From Escherichia coli (GTDB taxonomy: Bacteria; Pseudomonadota; Gammaproteobacteria; Enterobacterales; Enterobacteriaceae), in the NCBI RefSeq assembly GCF_013315695.1, contig NZ_CP054353.1: DNA of 64,000 nucleotides. The stretch is one strand, 5' to 3'. This document shows, in pieces, positions 14,056-23,826 of the stretch. Below the pieces are notes generated by a model, which did no database searches, was not told where the DNA came from, and saw only the letters and a program-made list of their open reading frames with translations. The first letter of the stretch is position 1, and each line of letters opens with the position of its first letter. Both the position numbers and the translations under genes were made by a program.

Positions 14056-15075
14056 TCAGAAGTCAGCTTTCAGGACTACTCGGTAGCGAGCTTTACCATC
14101 GCGTACATGCTGAATGGCGTCGTTAATTTTCGACATCGGGAACAGTTCGGTTGTCGGCGCAACCTTGCTGCGGGCGGCAAAGCGCATCAGCTTTCGCAGC
14201 TCATAAGGCGTGCCGGTAGCAGAACCAGAGATGCTGCGGTCGCCCGCAATTAACGTAAAGGCCGGAACAGACAGCGGCGTGAGAACCGCACCGACCGTAT
14301 GGAAATTACCGCCATAGGTCAGCGCCTCAAAATAAGGCTGCCAGTCGAGGCTGACGTTCACAGTATTGATAATGAGATCAAACTGCCCCGACAGGGCTTT
14401 CAGTGCCTGCGGATCGCGGCTATTCACCACTTTATCGGTACCCATCGCCAGTACTTCCTGCTCTTTCGCCGGATTAGAACTAAAGGCCGTCACCTCGCAT
14501 CCCATTGCGTGCAGAAGTTTTATAGCGATATGCCCCAGCCCGCCAATACCAATTACCCCAACGCGGCTGGTAGCAGTGATATGGTGCATCAACAGTGGTT
14601 TAAAGACCGTGATACCGCCGCACAACAGCGGCCCGGCGGACTCGATATCAATATTTTCTGGCAGTGGAATCACCCATTGCCAGTCCGCACGCAACTTCTC
14701 GGCAAAGCCACCGCGATTCATAATCGTCGGCACCGCACCTTGCTCGCAGTTGATCTGATTACCGCTAATACAGGCGTCGCAGTGACCACAGCTACGCGCC
14801 GTCCAGCCAATCCCGACACGCTGACCGACCTGCAAACCTTTATCCTGCGCGGCGCTCCCGAGTGCCACCACGCGCCCAATCACCTCATGCCCGGCAACCA
14901 GCGGATATTGTGAAAATCCCCATTCGTTATCGATCATCGACAGATCGGAATGACAAATCCCGCAGTAATCCACCTGCACTTCAACATCTTGTGGCTTCAG
15001 CTCACCGGGATCGTACTCATAAACTTCCAGTTCGCCGCCCGCTTCTTTTGCGGCATAGCTTTTTATCATCGACAT
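14056..15075 (-). CDS. ahr: NADPH-dependent aldehyde reductase, zinc-type alcohol dehydrogenase family
   Basis: Zn-binding GHE and CGxCxxC motifs plus GxGxxG Rossmann motif; start set at MSMIKSYAA (339 aa). Confidence 0.9.
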   Translation of the reverse strand: MSMIKSYAAKEAGGELEVYEYDPGELKPQDVEVQVDYCGICHSDLSMIDNEWGFSQYPLVAGHEVIGRVVALGSAAQDKGLQVGQRVGIGWTARSCGHCDACISGNQINCEQGAVPTIMNRGGFAEKLRADWQWVIPLPENIDIESAGPLLCGGITVFKPLLMHHITATSRVGVIGIGGLGHIAIKLLHAMGCEVTAFSSNPAKEQEVLAMGTDKVVNSRDPQALKALSGQFDLIINTVNVSLDWQPYFEALTYGGNFHTVGAVLTPLSVPAFTLIAGDRSISGSATGTPYELRKLMRFAARSKVAPTTELFPMSKINDAIQHVRDGKARYRVVLKADF

Positions 15076-15270
15076 TTTTGGGTCCTTCTCTGGTGTTGTT
15101 TGGGAAGTGTAGAGCATGGCAGGGCGGGGTGCCTGGAGTGTGACAAAGGTTACATATCGCTGAGTGTAATGCTGAAAATTTCAGCACTTAGCGAGGTGGG
15201 TGCAAGCTGGCGCTTGCATGGTGGCGTGCGACAGGTATAATCCACAACGTTTTCCGCATACCTCTTCAGT

Positions 15271-15355
15271 GCCGAAGTGGCGAAATCGGTAGACGCAGTT
15301 GATTCAAAATCAACCGTAGAAATACGTGCCGGTTCGAGTCCGGCCTTCGGCACCA
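15271..15355 (+). tRNA. leuX: tRNA-Leu (anticodon CAA)
   Basis: 85-nt sequence gccgaagtggcgaaatcggtagacgc...ggcacca with long variable arm and CAA anticodon loop, ending in CCA. Confidence 0.92.
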
Positions 15356-15357
15356 TC
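15313..15357 (+). repeat. Direct repeat copy 1 (leuX 3-prime end, attachment-site core)
   Basis: 45 bp identical except one mismatch to 25708-25752. Confidence 0.8.
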
Positions 15358-15889
15358 TACATTTTCCTCTTGAAAAACAAGCGATTAAGTAAATTATTTT
15401 ACCTTTTTTGCCTATCTAATCTTCACTGATTCTTTCCCGTATAAAAGCCACTGTGATTGTTAATGGCTTTGGTATGTTAGCACGCAGTGGCAAGTAGTTA
15501 CCAGGCTCAACCTTGTACTGCATACGCCAGTATGCCCCCCTTTGAAGCAGGAAGACGCGCCGCCGTCTCTAAACCTATGCCAAGCACTTTTAACCGTTCC
15601 ACACTTAGTTCGGCGTTCCGTTCAAGCCTGTCGTGGTGACTTACCACGAATAAACAAGCAAATTCGCGGTATGGTATTCGTTACGAGAGCGGTTAACTGA
15701 CAAGACTCCTGTGATACGCCTAAGGTGCTTAAATTGATGCGTCCAACATGGCACAAAAGGCGGTCTATCGTTTAATTTTGCTCCATACATCAACTGGCAT
15801 TGCCAGCTGTATGGGGCTTGGTCTGCTGGTTCCGATGAACGGATTAAATTGCTAAGATGCAGACCATAAGCCATAAGGCGGAGATAAGT

Positions 15890-17098
15890 ATGAAATCTGT
15901 AGAACTATTTGCCGGTGCTGGTGGCTTGGCTATGGGTTGCGAAATTGCTGGTTTTGAGCATCTTGCAGTCGTTGAATGGGATAAATGGGCCTGTGATACC
16001 GTTAGAGAGAACAAAAAGAATGGCTTTCCGCTGTTGTCTGATTGGGATCTTTTTGAGGGTGATGTAAGAGAATTTGATTGGTCGAAAATCCCTAAAGGGA
16101 TTGACCTTCTTGCGGGAGGGCCACCTTGCCAGCCATTTTCAATCGGTGGTAAGCACAAGGCTAATTCTGATTCGCGGGACATGTTTCCAGCGACAGCAGA
16201 AGCGATCAGGCAAATTCGCCCTAAGGCTTTCATCGTCGAGAATGTGAAAGGCTTAACACGGGCAACCTTTGCGAGCTATTTCCAGTACATCCAGTTACAG
16301 CTTGAGTTTCCAGAAGTAGCCCCGCGAAATGGCGAAGACTGGAGCGAGCATTTAAAACGCTTGCAGGAAGAAAAAACCAGTGGAAAGAACAAAGGGAGAG
16401 GGCTGACGTATAACGTTCTGGCTACGTTAGTCAATGCAGCAGACTACGGCATCCCACAAAAACGTGAGCGTGTCTTCATTGTTGGCTTCCGCGATGATCT
16501 TGAAATTGAGTGGTCGTTCCCTAAACCGACACACAGTTATGATGCACTCGTTTATGATCAGTGGGTTACTGGTGATTACTGGAAACGACATGGTTTAGAA
16601 ATGCCAACTGTTCCAAGCCAGATGGTTAACCGTATCGCAAAATTGCGTAAAAATCCTCCCGATACACTTCCGTGGAAAACTGTTCGAGATGCAATCGCGG
16701 ATTTGCCAGATCCTGAAACAAAGGCGGCAAAGATGATCCGGAATCATGCGTTCCAGGCGGGGGCACGAACTTATCCCGGTCATACCGGAAGCCCCTTAGA
16801 TCTGCCAGCTAAAACGCTCAAAGCAGGTGCTCATGGCGTTCCTGGGGGCGAGAACATGCTTGTTCGTGATGATGGCTCAGTACGCTATTTTACTGTGCGA
16901 GAAAGTGCCAGAATTCAAACATTTCCCGATAGTTATCGTTTTCACGGGAGTTGGACTGAAACTATGAGGCAGTTAGGTAACGCTGTGCCGGTTCATTTGG
17001 CGTATTGCGTTGCCAGCAGTGTAGCGGAAAAGCTGCTGACCTCTGAAATTGGGAACATCCTTAAGCAGGGTGGCAATTATAAAAGGGCTTCTGCATGA
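15890..17098 (+). CDS. DNA (cytosine-5)-methyltransferase, Type II R-M modification subunit
   Basis: Motif I FAGAGG, motif IV GGPPCQPFS, motif VI ENVKGL; start set at MKSVELF with GGAG RBS. Confidence 0.88.
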   Translation: MKSVELFAGAGGLAMGCEIAGFEHLAVVEWDKWACDTVRENKKNGFPLLSDWDLFEGDVREFDWSKIPKGIDLLAGGPPCQPFSIGGKHKANSDSRDMFPATAEAIRQIRPKAFIVENVKGLTRATFASYFQYIQLQLEFPEVAPRNGEDWSEHLKRLQEEKTSGKNKGRGLTYNVLATLVNAADYGIPQKRERVFIVGFRDDLEIEWSFPKPTHSYDALVYDQWVTGDYWKRHGLEMPTVPSQMVNRIAKLRKNPPDTLPWKTVRDAIADLPDPETKAAKMIRNHAFQAGARTYPGHTGSPLDLPAKTLKAGAHGVPGGENMLVRDDGSVRYFTVRESARIQTFPDSYRFHGSWTETMRQLGNAVPVHLAYCVASSVAEKLLTSEIGNILKQGGNYKRASA

Positions 17099-17745
17099 CA
17101 GGAAAGGTCATACCATTTAATCCACTTGATAAACAAAATTTAGGTGCCAGCGTTGCGGAAGCCTTATTGAGCAAAGATGCTCATCCTCTGGAGGAGTTAA
17201 CCTCATTTCAAGGAGCAGGGATTTACGCAATTTATTACACTGGCGATCATCCTGCTTATAGGCAACTGGCAGAACTGAATCGTGACGGGCAATTTCGATT
17301 GCCTATCTACGTGGGTAAGGCCGTCCCAGCAGGGGCGAGAATGGGGCTTACCAACCCTGATAAGGTTGGTAACGTTCTGTTTAGGCGCTTGAAAGAACAT
17401 GCAGAAAGTATTCGCGCAGCGGAAAATCTTTCGATTGAAGATTTTTATTGTCGATTTTTGGTTGTTGATGACATCTGGATCCCATTGGGAGAATCGCTGG
17501 TTATCTCTCGCTTTAAACCGATTTGGAATTCGTCTATTGATGGTTTCGGTAATCATGACCCAGGTAAGCATCGCTACACTGGTTTACGTCCTCGCTGGGA
17601 CTTTATGCACCCGGGGAGAGGATGGGCTCAAAATTTACGTGAGCGTGATGAAACTGTGGATGAACTCATTCGTGATTCTATACAGTATCTTCAGAATTTA
17701 CCGCCTTGCTTGGCTCAGAAATTTATCGAAGCTGAAGGCGATTAA
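17095..17745 (+). CDS. GIY-YIG family restriction endonuclease (Eco29kI-like)
   Basis: GIYAIYY ... YVGKA motifs; 216 aa; start overlaps the methyltransferase stop (ATGA). Confidence 0.6.
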   Translation: MTGKVIPFNPLDKQNLGASVAEALLSKDAHPLEELTSFQGAGIYAIYYTGDHPAYRQLAELNRDGQFRLPIYVGKAVPAGARMGLTNPDKVGNVLFRRLKEHAESIRAAENLSIEDFYCRFLVVDDIWIPLGESLVISRFKPIWNSSIDGFGNHDPGKHRYTGLRPRWDFMHPGRGWAQNLRERDETVDELIRDSIQYLQNLPPCLAQKFIEAEGD

Positions 17746-17866
17746 TCAGCAAATGATCATCGGAGGCATCTGCCTCCGAATGTGATTAAGCCTTGGTTGA
17801 CAAAGTGGTTGCTTAAAACATTAAGCGTTAATTTTCTGGCCCTCTACCTTCTGACGTGCATAATTC

Positions 17867-18442
17867 TCAAATATCAGGGAGTTGCAAGAACGACTTAAGT
17901 CGGTAGAAGGTTGCTTTGCTGATCTCTAACCTATCCTGGACCGCTGCTGGTGGTAATCCTCGTGCTAATAACTCACGTACTTGTTCAACGGTTGCTTTGA
18001 TCGGTCTGCCGCAATGCTTACCTTCCGACTGAGCTCGTTTGATTCCTGCGGCTCTACGCTCTGCGATTAGGTCTTTTTCCAGGCTGGCAAGTCCTGCCAT
18101 CATAGTGAGCATGGCTTTACCCACTGGTGTTGAAAGATCAAACCCCTCTCGCAAGCTGACAACCTTCACACCCTTCATTTGCAACATTTCAACAGTAGAT
18201 AGTACATCGATAGTGTTACGTCCCAAGCGGTTTATAGCAATCACGATCAGCGTATCGCCTTCTCGCACATAATTGAGTAGTTCAGCAAACCCTGGACGCT
18301 CTCCTGCCTTGATTGCACCACTCACCGCTTCATCACTAAACCAGCGAGTTACGCTATAACCAGCATCGGCTATCTGCTTCTTCTGGTTTTCAACGTTTTG
18401 ATCGCTGGTGGAAACTCGCACATATCCGATCACAGTTGTCAT
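17867..18442 (-). CDS. serine recombinase (resolvase/invertase family)
   Basis: N-terminal GYVRVSTSDQ catalytic serine motif and C-terminal HTH; 191 aa. Confidence 0.88.
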   Translation of the reverse strand: MTTVIGYVRVSTSDQNVENQKKQIADAGYSVTRWFSDEAVSGAIKAGERPGFAELLNYVREGDTLIVIAINRLGRNTIDVLSTVEMLQMKGVKVVSLREGFDLSTPVGKAMLTMMAGLASLEKDLIAERRAAGIKRAQSEGKHCGRPIKATVEQVRELLARGLPPAAVQDRLEISKATFYRLKSFLQLPDI

Positions 18443-18449
18443 GATGTTC

Positions 18450-18580
18450 TCTAAGTCTCAAAAGGTAGTGTCAAAATAATAGCTGTCTCAAAATTAAAGA
18501 TCAACCTTTTGAGACAAGGCGAAGCCGCATTCTGTCGTTGCGTCGGTGTGGTCTTATAAGGAGATGGTTTTGAGACTGGA
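18450..18580. promoter_or_regulatory. Candidate recombination (res-like) site upstream of the serine recombinase
   Basis: Four copies of GTCTCAAAA: two direct (18456, 18485) and two inverted (18507, 18568). Confidence 0.35.
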
Positions 18581-18681
18581 TAGCAGCGGTTTAGGAATAG
18601 AGGCTTGGAACGAGAGTATGGGGAGAATGGAAATTCGGAATGGGCGGTCAACTTATTGGGCGTGATTGCTCACGCCTTTGT

Positions 18682-19033
18682 TTAGATCTCAGAACACAGG
18701 CTCAGCGTGTAGAGTGCCGTTTCACCATCGTTGTTAGTTGGGCGCATAACGAAAACTGGATCACTGCCGTTGTCGATGTAAGTAACCGCTATTCCACCGT
18801 CTGGGGTGGCGTACATCTTCGCAATACTTTTCTCTCCAATGAAACCCAGCCGCCAGGTTTTACCACCCATGCTCACTTTCATGATTTTGTCCCGCACATC
18901 GAGGCGAGTTTCGACAGACGATTTTTGGCTACCAGAATCTATCTGCCCTTCCTGAATGGCCTTACAGGTGAATGTGGTTGCACTTGAGGCGAAGGGGGGG
19001 GACGAGCAGCGCCGCGAGAATCAATTTTTTCAT
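18682..19033 (-). pseudogene. Small secreted protein gene disrupted by a frameshift in a G8/C8 homopolymer
   Basis: ATG at 19033 encodes signal-peptide-like MKKLILAALLVPP, then the frame breaks at the C8 run (18994-19001); removing one C fuses it to ORF 18682..18897. Confidence 0.5.
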
Positions 19034-19213
19034 GGTCTTCCTTTTGGATACGAGTTAAGAGTTCGTCGGGAGACATTATAAAATCTTTAATTGATAAAAA
19101 CGATCAATTTCTATCGTATTGATCGATAAAATTGATCATAATTGAAACTATAAATCCTACGCTCAGTCGTTATGGATGAGGTTTTTTATAAGAGAACTCA
19201 ACGGGATGATGTT

Positions 19214-19420
19214 ATGAAAAGAGCAATGATGGTGATGTGTGGGCTACTGTTTTCACAGTTGGTAGCAGCAGGGCAGATCACAATGATCGATCCCCAGCAG
19301 GATACGACGGAGAATGGCAAGACGCTTTGCACCTACGAGAACAGCCAGTATGTTTTTACCTACGTCACTAAAGGGCAGTGCCCCTATGCAAAGACTTTCG
19401 ATACTCAGGATTCAGAGTAG
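19214..19420 (+). CDS. small putative secreted protein (about 68 aa, two Cys)
   Basis: Internal start MKRAMMVMCGLLFSQLVAAG gives a signal-peptide-like N-terminus. Confidence 0.4.
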   Translation: MKRAMMVMCGLLFSQLVAAGQITMIDPQQDTTENGKTLCTYENSQYVFTYVTKGQCPYAKTFDTQDSE

Positions 19421-20490
19421 AGGCTGCATAAAATAGGAAGTGTTGTTTAACTTCATGAAAAGACAGGTGTGCTTAGCACAAGCCTCCAACGGATTGATTG
19501 TTAATTCTTCTGATAACGGCACAGCGCAAGGCTTTACGCAAAGAGAGTGATAGTTACTATCTTGATGACTATGGCAATTTTCCCCCTGTAACAACGGCAT
19601 TCATTACCTGCTAATTACCAGCGGATTACGCGCCAGTTTGATGGGAATTAACTCAGGGTTATTGCATGGGGTAGTGTGGAGTGAGCAGGGTGACAGTCTA
19701 CCGTTGGGTGAAGGGCTGATAGGTAATCGACGCGAAGCGCCGGAACCATACTGTTATGCGCTGGCCTTGGTGCCAGGCTCACGCCGCGCATGAAAGATAG
19801 CCATTACAGGAGAGATAATTTTTGACAAGTTACCTTCATCAAAGGTGCTTCTCCTGTATAAATGCTTGTTATGCTCGCTATGCTCCCAAACACAAACCCA
19901 TTAAACCCAACTAACTTAAGGTTAGTTAATTGGTTTTCTCTCTCTCTTGGGCTACTACCGCCCAAACTTTGCTTAATGCCATACAGCGACTACGCCGCCA
20001 TTAACAACACTCCACAATGATCCAATGGCATTCCTGCTTAATGTCATCCACCGATCTTGATTAGCCACCAACCAAACAACCACCCTAAATCTTTTAGGCT
20101 GTCTGTTTATCTGGTGCAAGGTAGCTATGACATTACCATACGTGCAAACATCCCAAGCCAATCATCACTGATTGGCTCGTGCTGATGCACTTCAGTGCAG
20201 AGAGAGAATCTCTCTACTATTATAGCGTATTTAGTAGGTCCCTGTATTTAAAGGAAAAATTAGGGTGAAAATCGCCATTGTTCACTTTTTTTCTCAAGAA
20301 ATGGCGAGATGCTGTTCGTAAATGGGAGGCATGGCTGTCTTCTCTGGTGGCAAGTTCTACCACAAATTTTGATTGACAGCAACCATCTATTTCTGGTATA
20401 AGAAGCACTAATTGCAAAGCAAAAATGCAACTAATTGAAAATGACCAAAAATATTTCATGAGATCACCGTTTGGGTATTGACAAACGTTA

Positions 20491-20781
20491 GTGGTCTATG
20501 GTATTCTTAATACTAAGAAGGGGAGAAAACCTTCTGAACTTTTCAGCCCTGGGCAGGGTAACTGCCTGGGGCTTTTTGCATCCAAAATCCGAAGGAGGCC
20601 ATTATTGAAGTATTACAGCAGTGACCAGATTTTTAATGACCTGGTGAGCGGCGAAGTGAAACGCCACGTTATTTACGCATCTATGCAAGCAGCAAAATCG
20701 AGAGGGTATACAGACCGAATGGAAATGTTTCAATCTGCAATTATCCGTTATGACCAACACCGAAGGGAGAACACCAACTAA
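20491..20781 (+). CDS. small hypothetical protein; true start may be the TTG at about 20608 after the AAGGAGG RBS
   Basis: ORF 10 nt upstream of the 306-aa ORF; strong RBS aaggagg at about 20593. Confidence 0.4.
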   Translation: MVYGILNTKKGRKPSELFSPGQGNCLGLFASKIRRRPLLKYYSSDQIFNDLVSGEVKRHVIYASMQAAKSRGYTDRMEMFQSAIIRYDQHRRENTN

Positions 20782-20790
20782 GGAGGAACA

Positions 20791-21711
20791 TTGATTCAAG
20801 CATACGAAGACGGCTATTTTTACAGAGATACCCCGCACCACGATCACTGCCCGCTTTCAGCATTTTCCAGACCATCCCAGCAATTCATCGTTATTGATAA
20901 TGTTCTGTACGTTGTCGAAGTGGAAAGTGGTGAAATTCTTCACTACGACTCGACAGAGTATTTGCTTGATGGTGGCATTGTTCAGGATCTGCATTTGAGT
21001 TACTCGACAGCAGACACCGCCAAATCAAAACAGGCTCACCGTGAATACGCTAATAAGCTGGGCGACCTTCCAGGGAATGCAGCCTATAACGGGATCAAGG
21101 AATACGCAGACGTATTAAGCAAGCCAGATTTCAAGAAAGTATTTGCATTGTGTCAGGAAGTAGATAGACGCAATGTAGTGTTTATAAAACGTGCGGATTT
21201 GAGCATAATACTGAACACCACGCCGGATCATCTCAATCGTGTATTATCTGCTCTTGAACGTAAGCACTACATCAAAGTTGATAAAGCTGAACACCAGAAA
21301 GGAGTATTAAAACTGTGGGTTAATCCTTCGTTTGTCTGGAAGGGTGATTCAGCTAACCGCTACTTATCTGGATATTTGCAGGGCTTCCCAATCTTGGAAC
21401 GTAAACGCTCCACAAAACGTTCTGACGTGCTCGACACGCTCACGGCTGCTGCAATGGTTGCCTTTGATACCTGGCACATTGAACACGGTTATAAGGCCAA
21501 TCAGCCTCATTCTAATGAATGGTATGCAGAGATCACGATGTACGAAAACGCCTACGGCGAAGGGGTGAGGCTTGCAGCAGAAAATAAGACATTGAACAAG
21601 TTATTGAACCCGGCAACATCTGAGGGGGATTTCGTTTATGAGCTATTCACTACGGCACAATACAGGGAATACCTGCAAACATTGGCAAAACAAGTAAGGA
21701 GATTACACTGA
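20791..21711 (+). CDS. hypothetical 306-aa protein with possible winged-helix segment
   Basis: Long ORF with GGAGG RBS; no recognisable catalytic motif. Confidence 0.6.
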   Translation: MIQAYEDGYFYRDTPHHDHCPLSAFSRPSQQFIVIDNVLYVVEVESGEILHYDSTEYLLDGGIVQDLHLSYSTADTAKSKQAHREYANKLGDLPGNAAYNGIKEYADVLSKPDFKKVFALCQEVDRRNVVFIKRADLSIILNTTPDHLNRVLSALERKHYIKVDKAEHQKGVLKLWVNPSFVWKGDSANRYLSGYLQGFPILERKRSTKRSDVLDTLTAAAMVAFDTWHIEHGYKANQPHSNEWYAEITMYENAYGEGVRLAAENKTLNKLLNPATSEGDFVYELFTTAQYREYLQTLAKQVRRLH

Positions 21712-21995
21712 ACCAATGTTTTGTAATAAAGAAGCCAGCACAATACTTATTTGAACTAAATTAAGCAACTCTCATACACACCGCTCTTTTGGTGAGTTAT
21801 TTATTACTATCTTTAAGGTGATGAGTGTTTATACTGTATTAAATTATTATAAATAAGGGGATGGTGTATGATTACAGCTCTTTATTGGTGTTTGTTCTTT
21901 CAGTTTGCGCTGTATTTTTTGTCTAAATTAAATTTAAATTGAAAATTAGCCCTGATCTTGAAATAGTTCAGGGCTGGAATTTCTAAAAAATAACA

Positions 21996-22955
21996 TCAGT
22001 GTGCTTTTAGTTCATCTTTAGCTAATGAGTCATAGAGTATTTTTGTGAGCGGAGACTCTAAATAATCATCACTAAGTAGTTTAATAAAATGCTTTTGGGA
22101 TTCTTTTGTTTTTACGAGCAATTGTGTGCCGTCTTCACTTACAATTAAAACTGTTGAAAGATAGGTATGCTTGCTTACATAATCGATAATTTCTGGCACA
22201 TCAATTTTCCCCAGTACAGGTGAGTGTTTGGCAATTTTGGCAAGCTTCCTTGAGAAAGAAATTTCTTTTGCACTCTTCTCAAGGTGAGTAAGATCTTCGA
22301 TAAGCAATGAAGCTTTCAATGCTTCCAAAGCCACCGTTGCTTGAGCTTCAATAACCTGATGGAACTGCATCGTTATTTCTAAAGTTTTTTGATTTTTTAT
22401 CAGGAATTCGTCGTCTATAAGAGCCAAGTCATAATTATAATCTAATCGGAACACTTGGGTTGGCAATTCTTTTAAATACCCGTCTGCGTCTGGTATCAAG
22501 TTAAACAATTTTCGGCTTTGCTCAAAAACCATGAGGTTTGTTTTGTTCTTATACAATGACAAACACTTATTGTTGCCTCTTAACTGAATTATTATCCCTT
22601 TCACGTCAGTAAATTTATTATTTAAATCATAATAATCCTGAGAGTTAGGCGGTATGGCTATTGCATTTTTTATAAAATCAAACTCTTTTGGATGTTCTTC
22701 ATAATCAAATGCAAACAAGGCATTTTTTCTATCATCAAAATTCGAAAGGAGAGGAATGGTTAAATCCTCATTTGTCACAATGTCGTCGTAAAGCCTAATT
22801 TTGAATCCTTCAACAATTTTTGGTAAAGCTTCAGCATCTATTTTAGATAATTTTAATTCATAATTATCTTCAGTTTTAACTATAAAGATAATTCTTATAC
22901 CTGAGAAATTATCGAAAATTTCGGTGATTTGATTTTTAAAATTCACAGGGGTCAT
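21996..22955 (-). CDS. 319-aa soluble protein, KwaB-like (candidate Kiwa component)
   Basis: Co-oriented with and overlapping the membrane protein gene; size and order match the Kiwa KwaA-KwaB arrangement. Confidence 0.55.
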   Translation of the reverse strand: MTPVNFKNQITEIFDNFSGIRIIFIVKTEDNYELKLSKIDAEALPKIVEGFKIRLYDDIVTNEDLTIPLLSNFDDRKNALFAFDYEEHPKEFDFIKNAIAIPPNSQDYYDLNNKFTDVKGIIIQLRGNNKCLSLYKNKTNLMVFEQSRKLFNLIPDADGYLKELPTQVFRLDYNYDLALIDDEFLIKNQKTLEITMQFHQVIEAQATVALEALKASLLIEDLTHLEKSAKEISFSRKLAKIAKHSPVLGKIDVPEIIDYVSKHTYLSTVLIVSEDGTQLLVKTKESQKHFIKLLSDDYLESPLTKILYDSLAKDELKAH

Positions 22956-23572
22956 TATTTTTTCCTTGCTATGAAAACGTAGTCATCAAAAAAACTATAG
23001 AATACTTGATCGTCAACAGTCAGCACATCCATCGAGATTGCAATGACGTTTTTTACTTCACCACTTCCTGCATGAGAAATGTTAACTCTATACAACTTAT
23101 AACCGAAAAGCGCCAAAGTAGGATTCGCATAATACTTATCCGTTTTAATGAAAATTAAACCAATAACTACTATTAAGAGAAAGTACGCAATGTTTTTCTG
23201 AGGGTCATCAAAACTGAATCCCATAAAAGGTACTATGTAAGTTGCTAAGAAAGTCAAACTTTCATAGCTCTCACTTTGGCAAGCAGTGATTGTTACACAG
23301 TCAGCATTGTTGACCTTCGTCAATCCTTTAAACCTTCTATAGAAATAAAATGCTATTCCTATAAAAATTAAACAAATTATTGAGATTATGTTGCTGGAAG
23401 CTAATTGATAAAAACCTATAAAATGGCAGGAAGAGCCATAACAAAATGGGATTTTTGCGCTCAAAATGATAATAAAAACAAACAGCAACATTAAAGACAG
23501 TATGTATAGTCCCATCTTGTTGAATGTGCTTTTTCGTTTCATGTTATCCCCCAGTGATGAAATCATAATCAA
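22955..23572 (-). CDS. four-TM membrane protein, KwaA-like (candidate Kiwa component)
   Basis: 205 aa with four hydrophobic helices; AT-rich; stop overlaps start of downstream gene. Confidence 0.6.
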   Translation of the reverse strand: MIMISSLGDNMKRKSTFNKMGLYILSLMLLFVFIIILSAKIPFCYGSSCHFIGFYQLASSNIISIICLIFIGIAFYFYRRFKGLTKVNNADCVTITACQSESYESLTFLATYIVPFMGFSFDDPQKNIAYFLLIVVIGLIFIKTDKYYANPTLALFGYKLYRVNISHAGSGEVKNVIAISMDVLTVDDQVFYSFFDDYVFIARKK

Positions 23573-23826
23573 AACTTGATCATGTGAACATCAAAAGCAT
23601 ACCTTAAAGCACTGGTTTTTTGTACAGCAATCGGCAAATTCATGCGTACTATCGAACTTACAAGAGGACGCATAGTAGATTTTCTGATCCAAATTGCCAT
23701 CATGTACTTTTAATTCATGTAGAGTAGCCAATGAAGTATCAGCAATTACATGATTTTATTGTCTATTTTTTATGTTTTTTTGTAAAACACCAGAAGATTG
23801 AAAAGGGCCAATGAGGCCCCTTGGCG

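Noticed and set aside
15150-15356. 68-aa minus-strand ORF
   Set aside because: It is the reverse complement of tRNA-Leu (leuX) and its upstream region, not a protein-coding gene
17095-17745. Vsr-type very-short-patch repair endonuclease as the partner of the C5 methyltransferase
   Set aside because: The protein carries GIY and YVG motifs and is larger than typical Vsr, so a GIY-YIG restriction endonuclease is the better explanation
19421-20490. Retron (msr/msd) hypothesis for the ORF-free structured region
   Set aside because: No reverse transcriptase (no YADD-motif protein) is encoded nearby; the region is kept only as a candidate ncRNA or site-containing region
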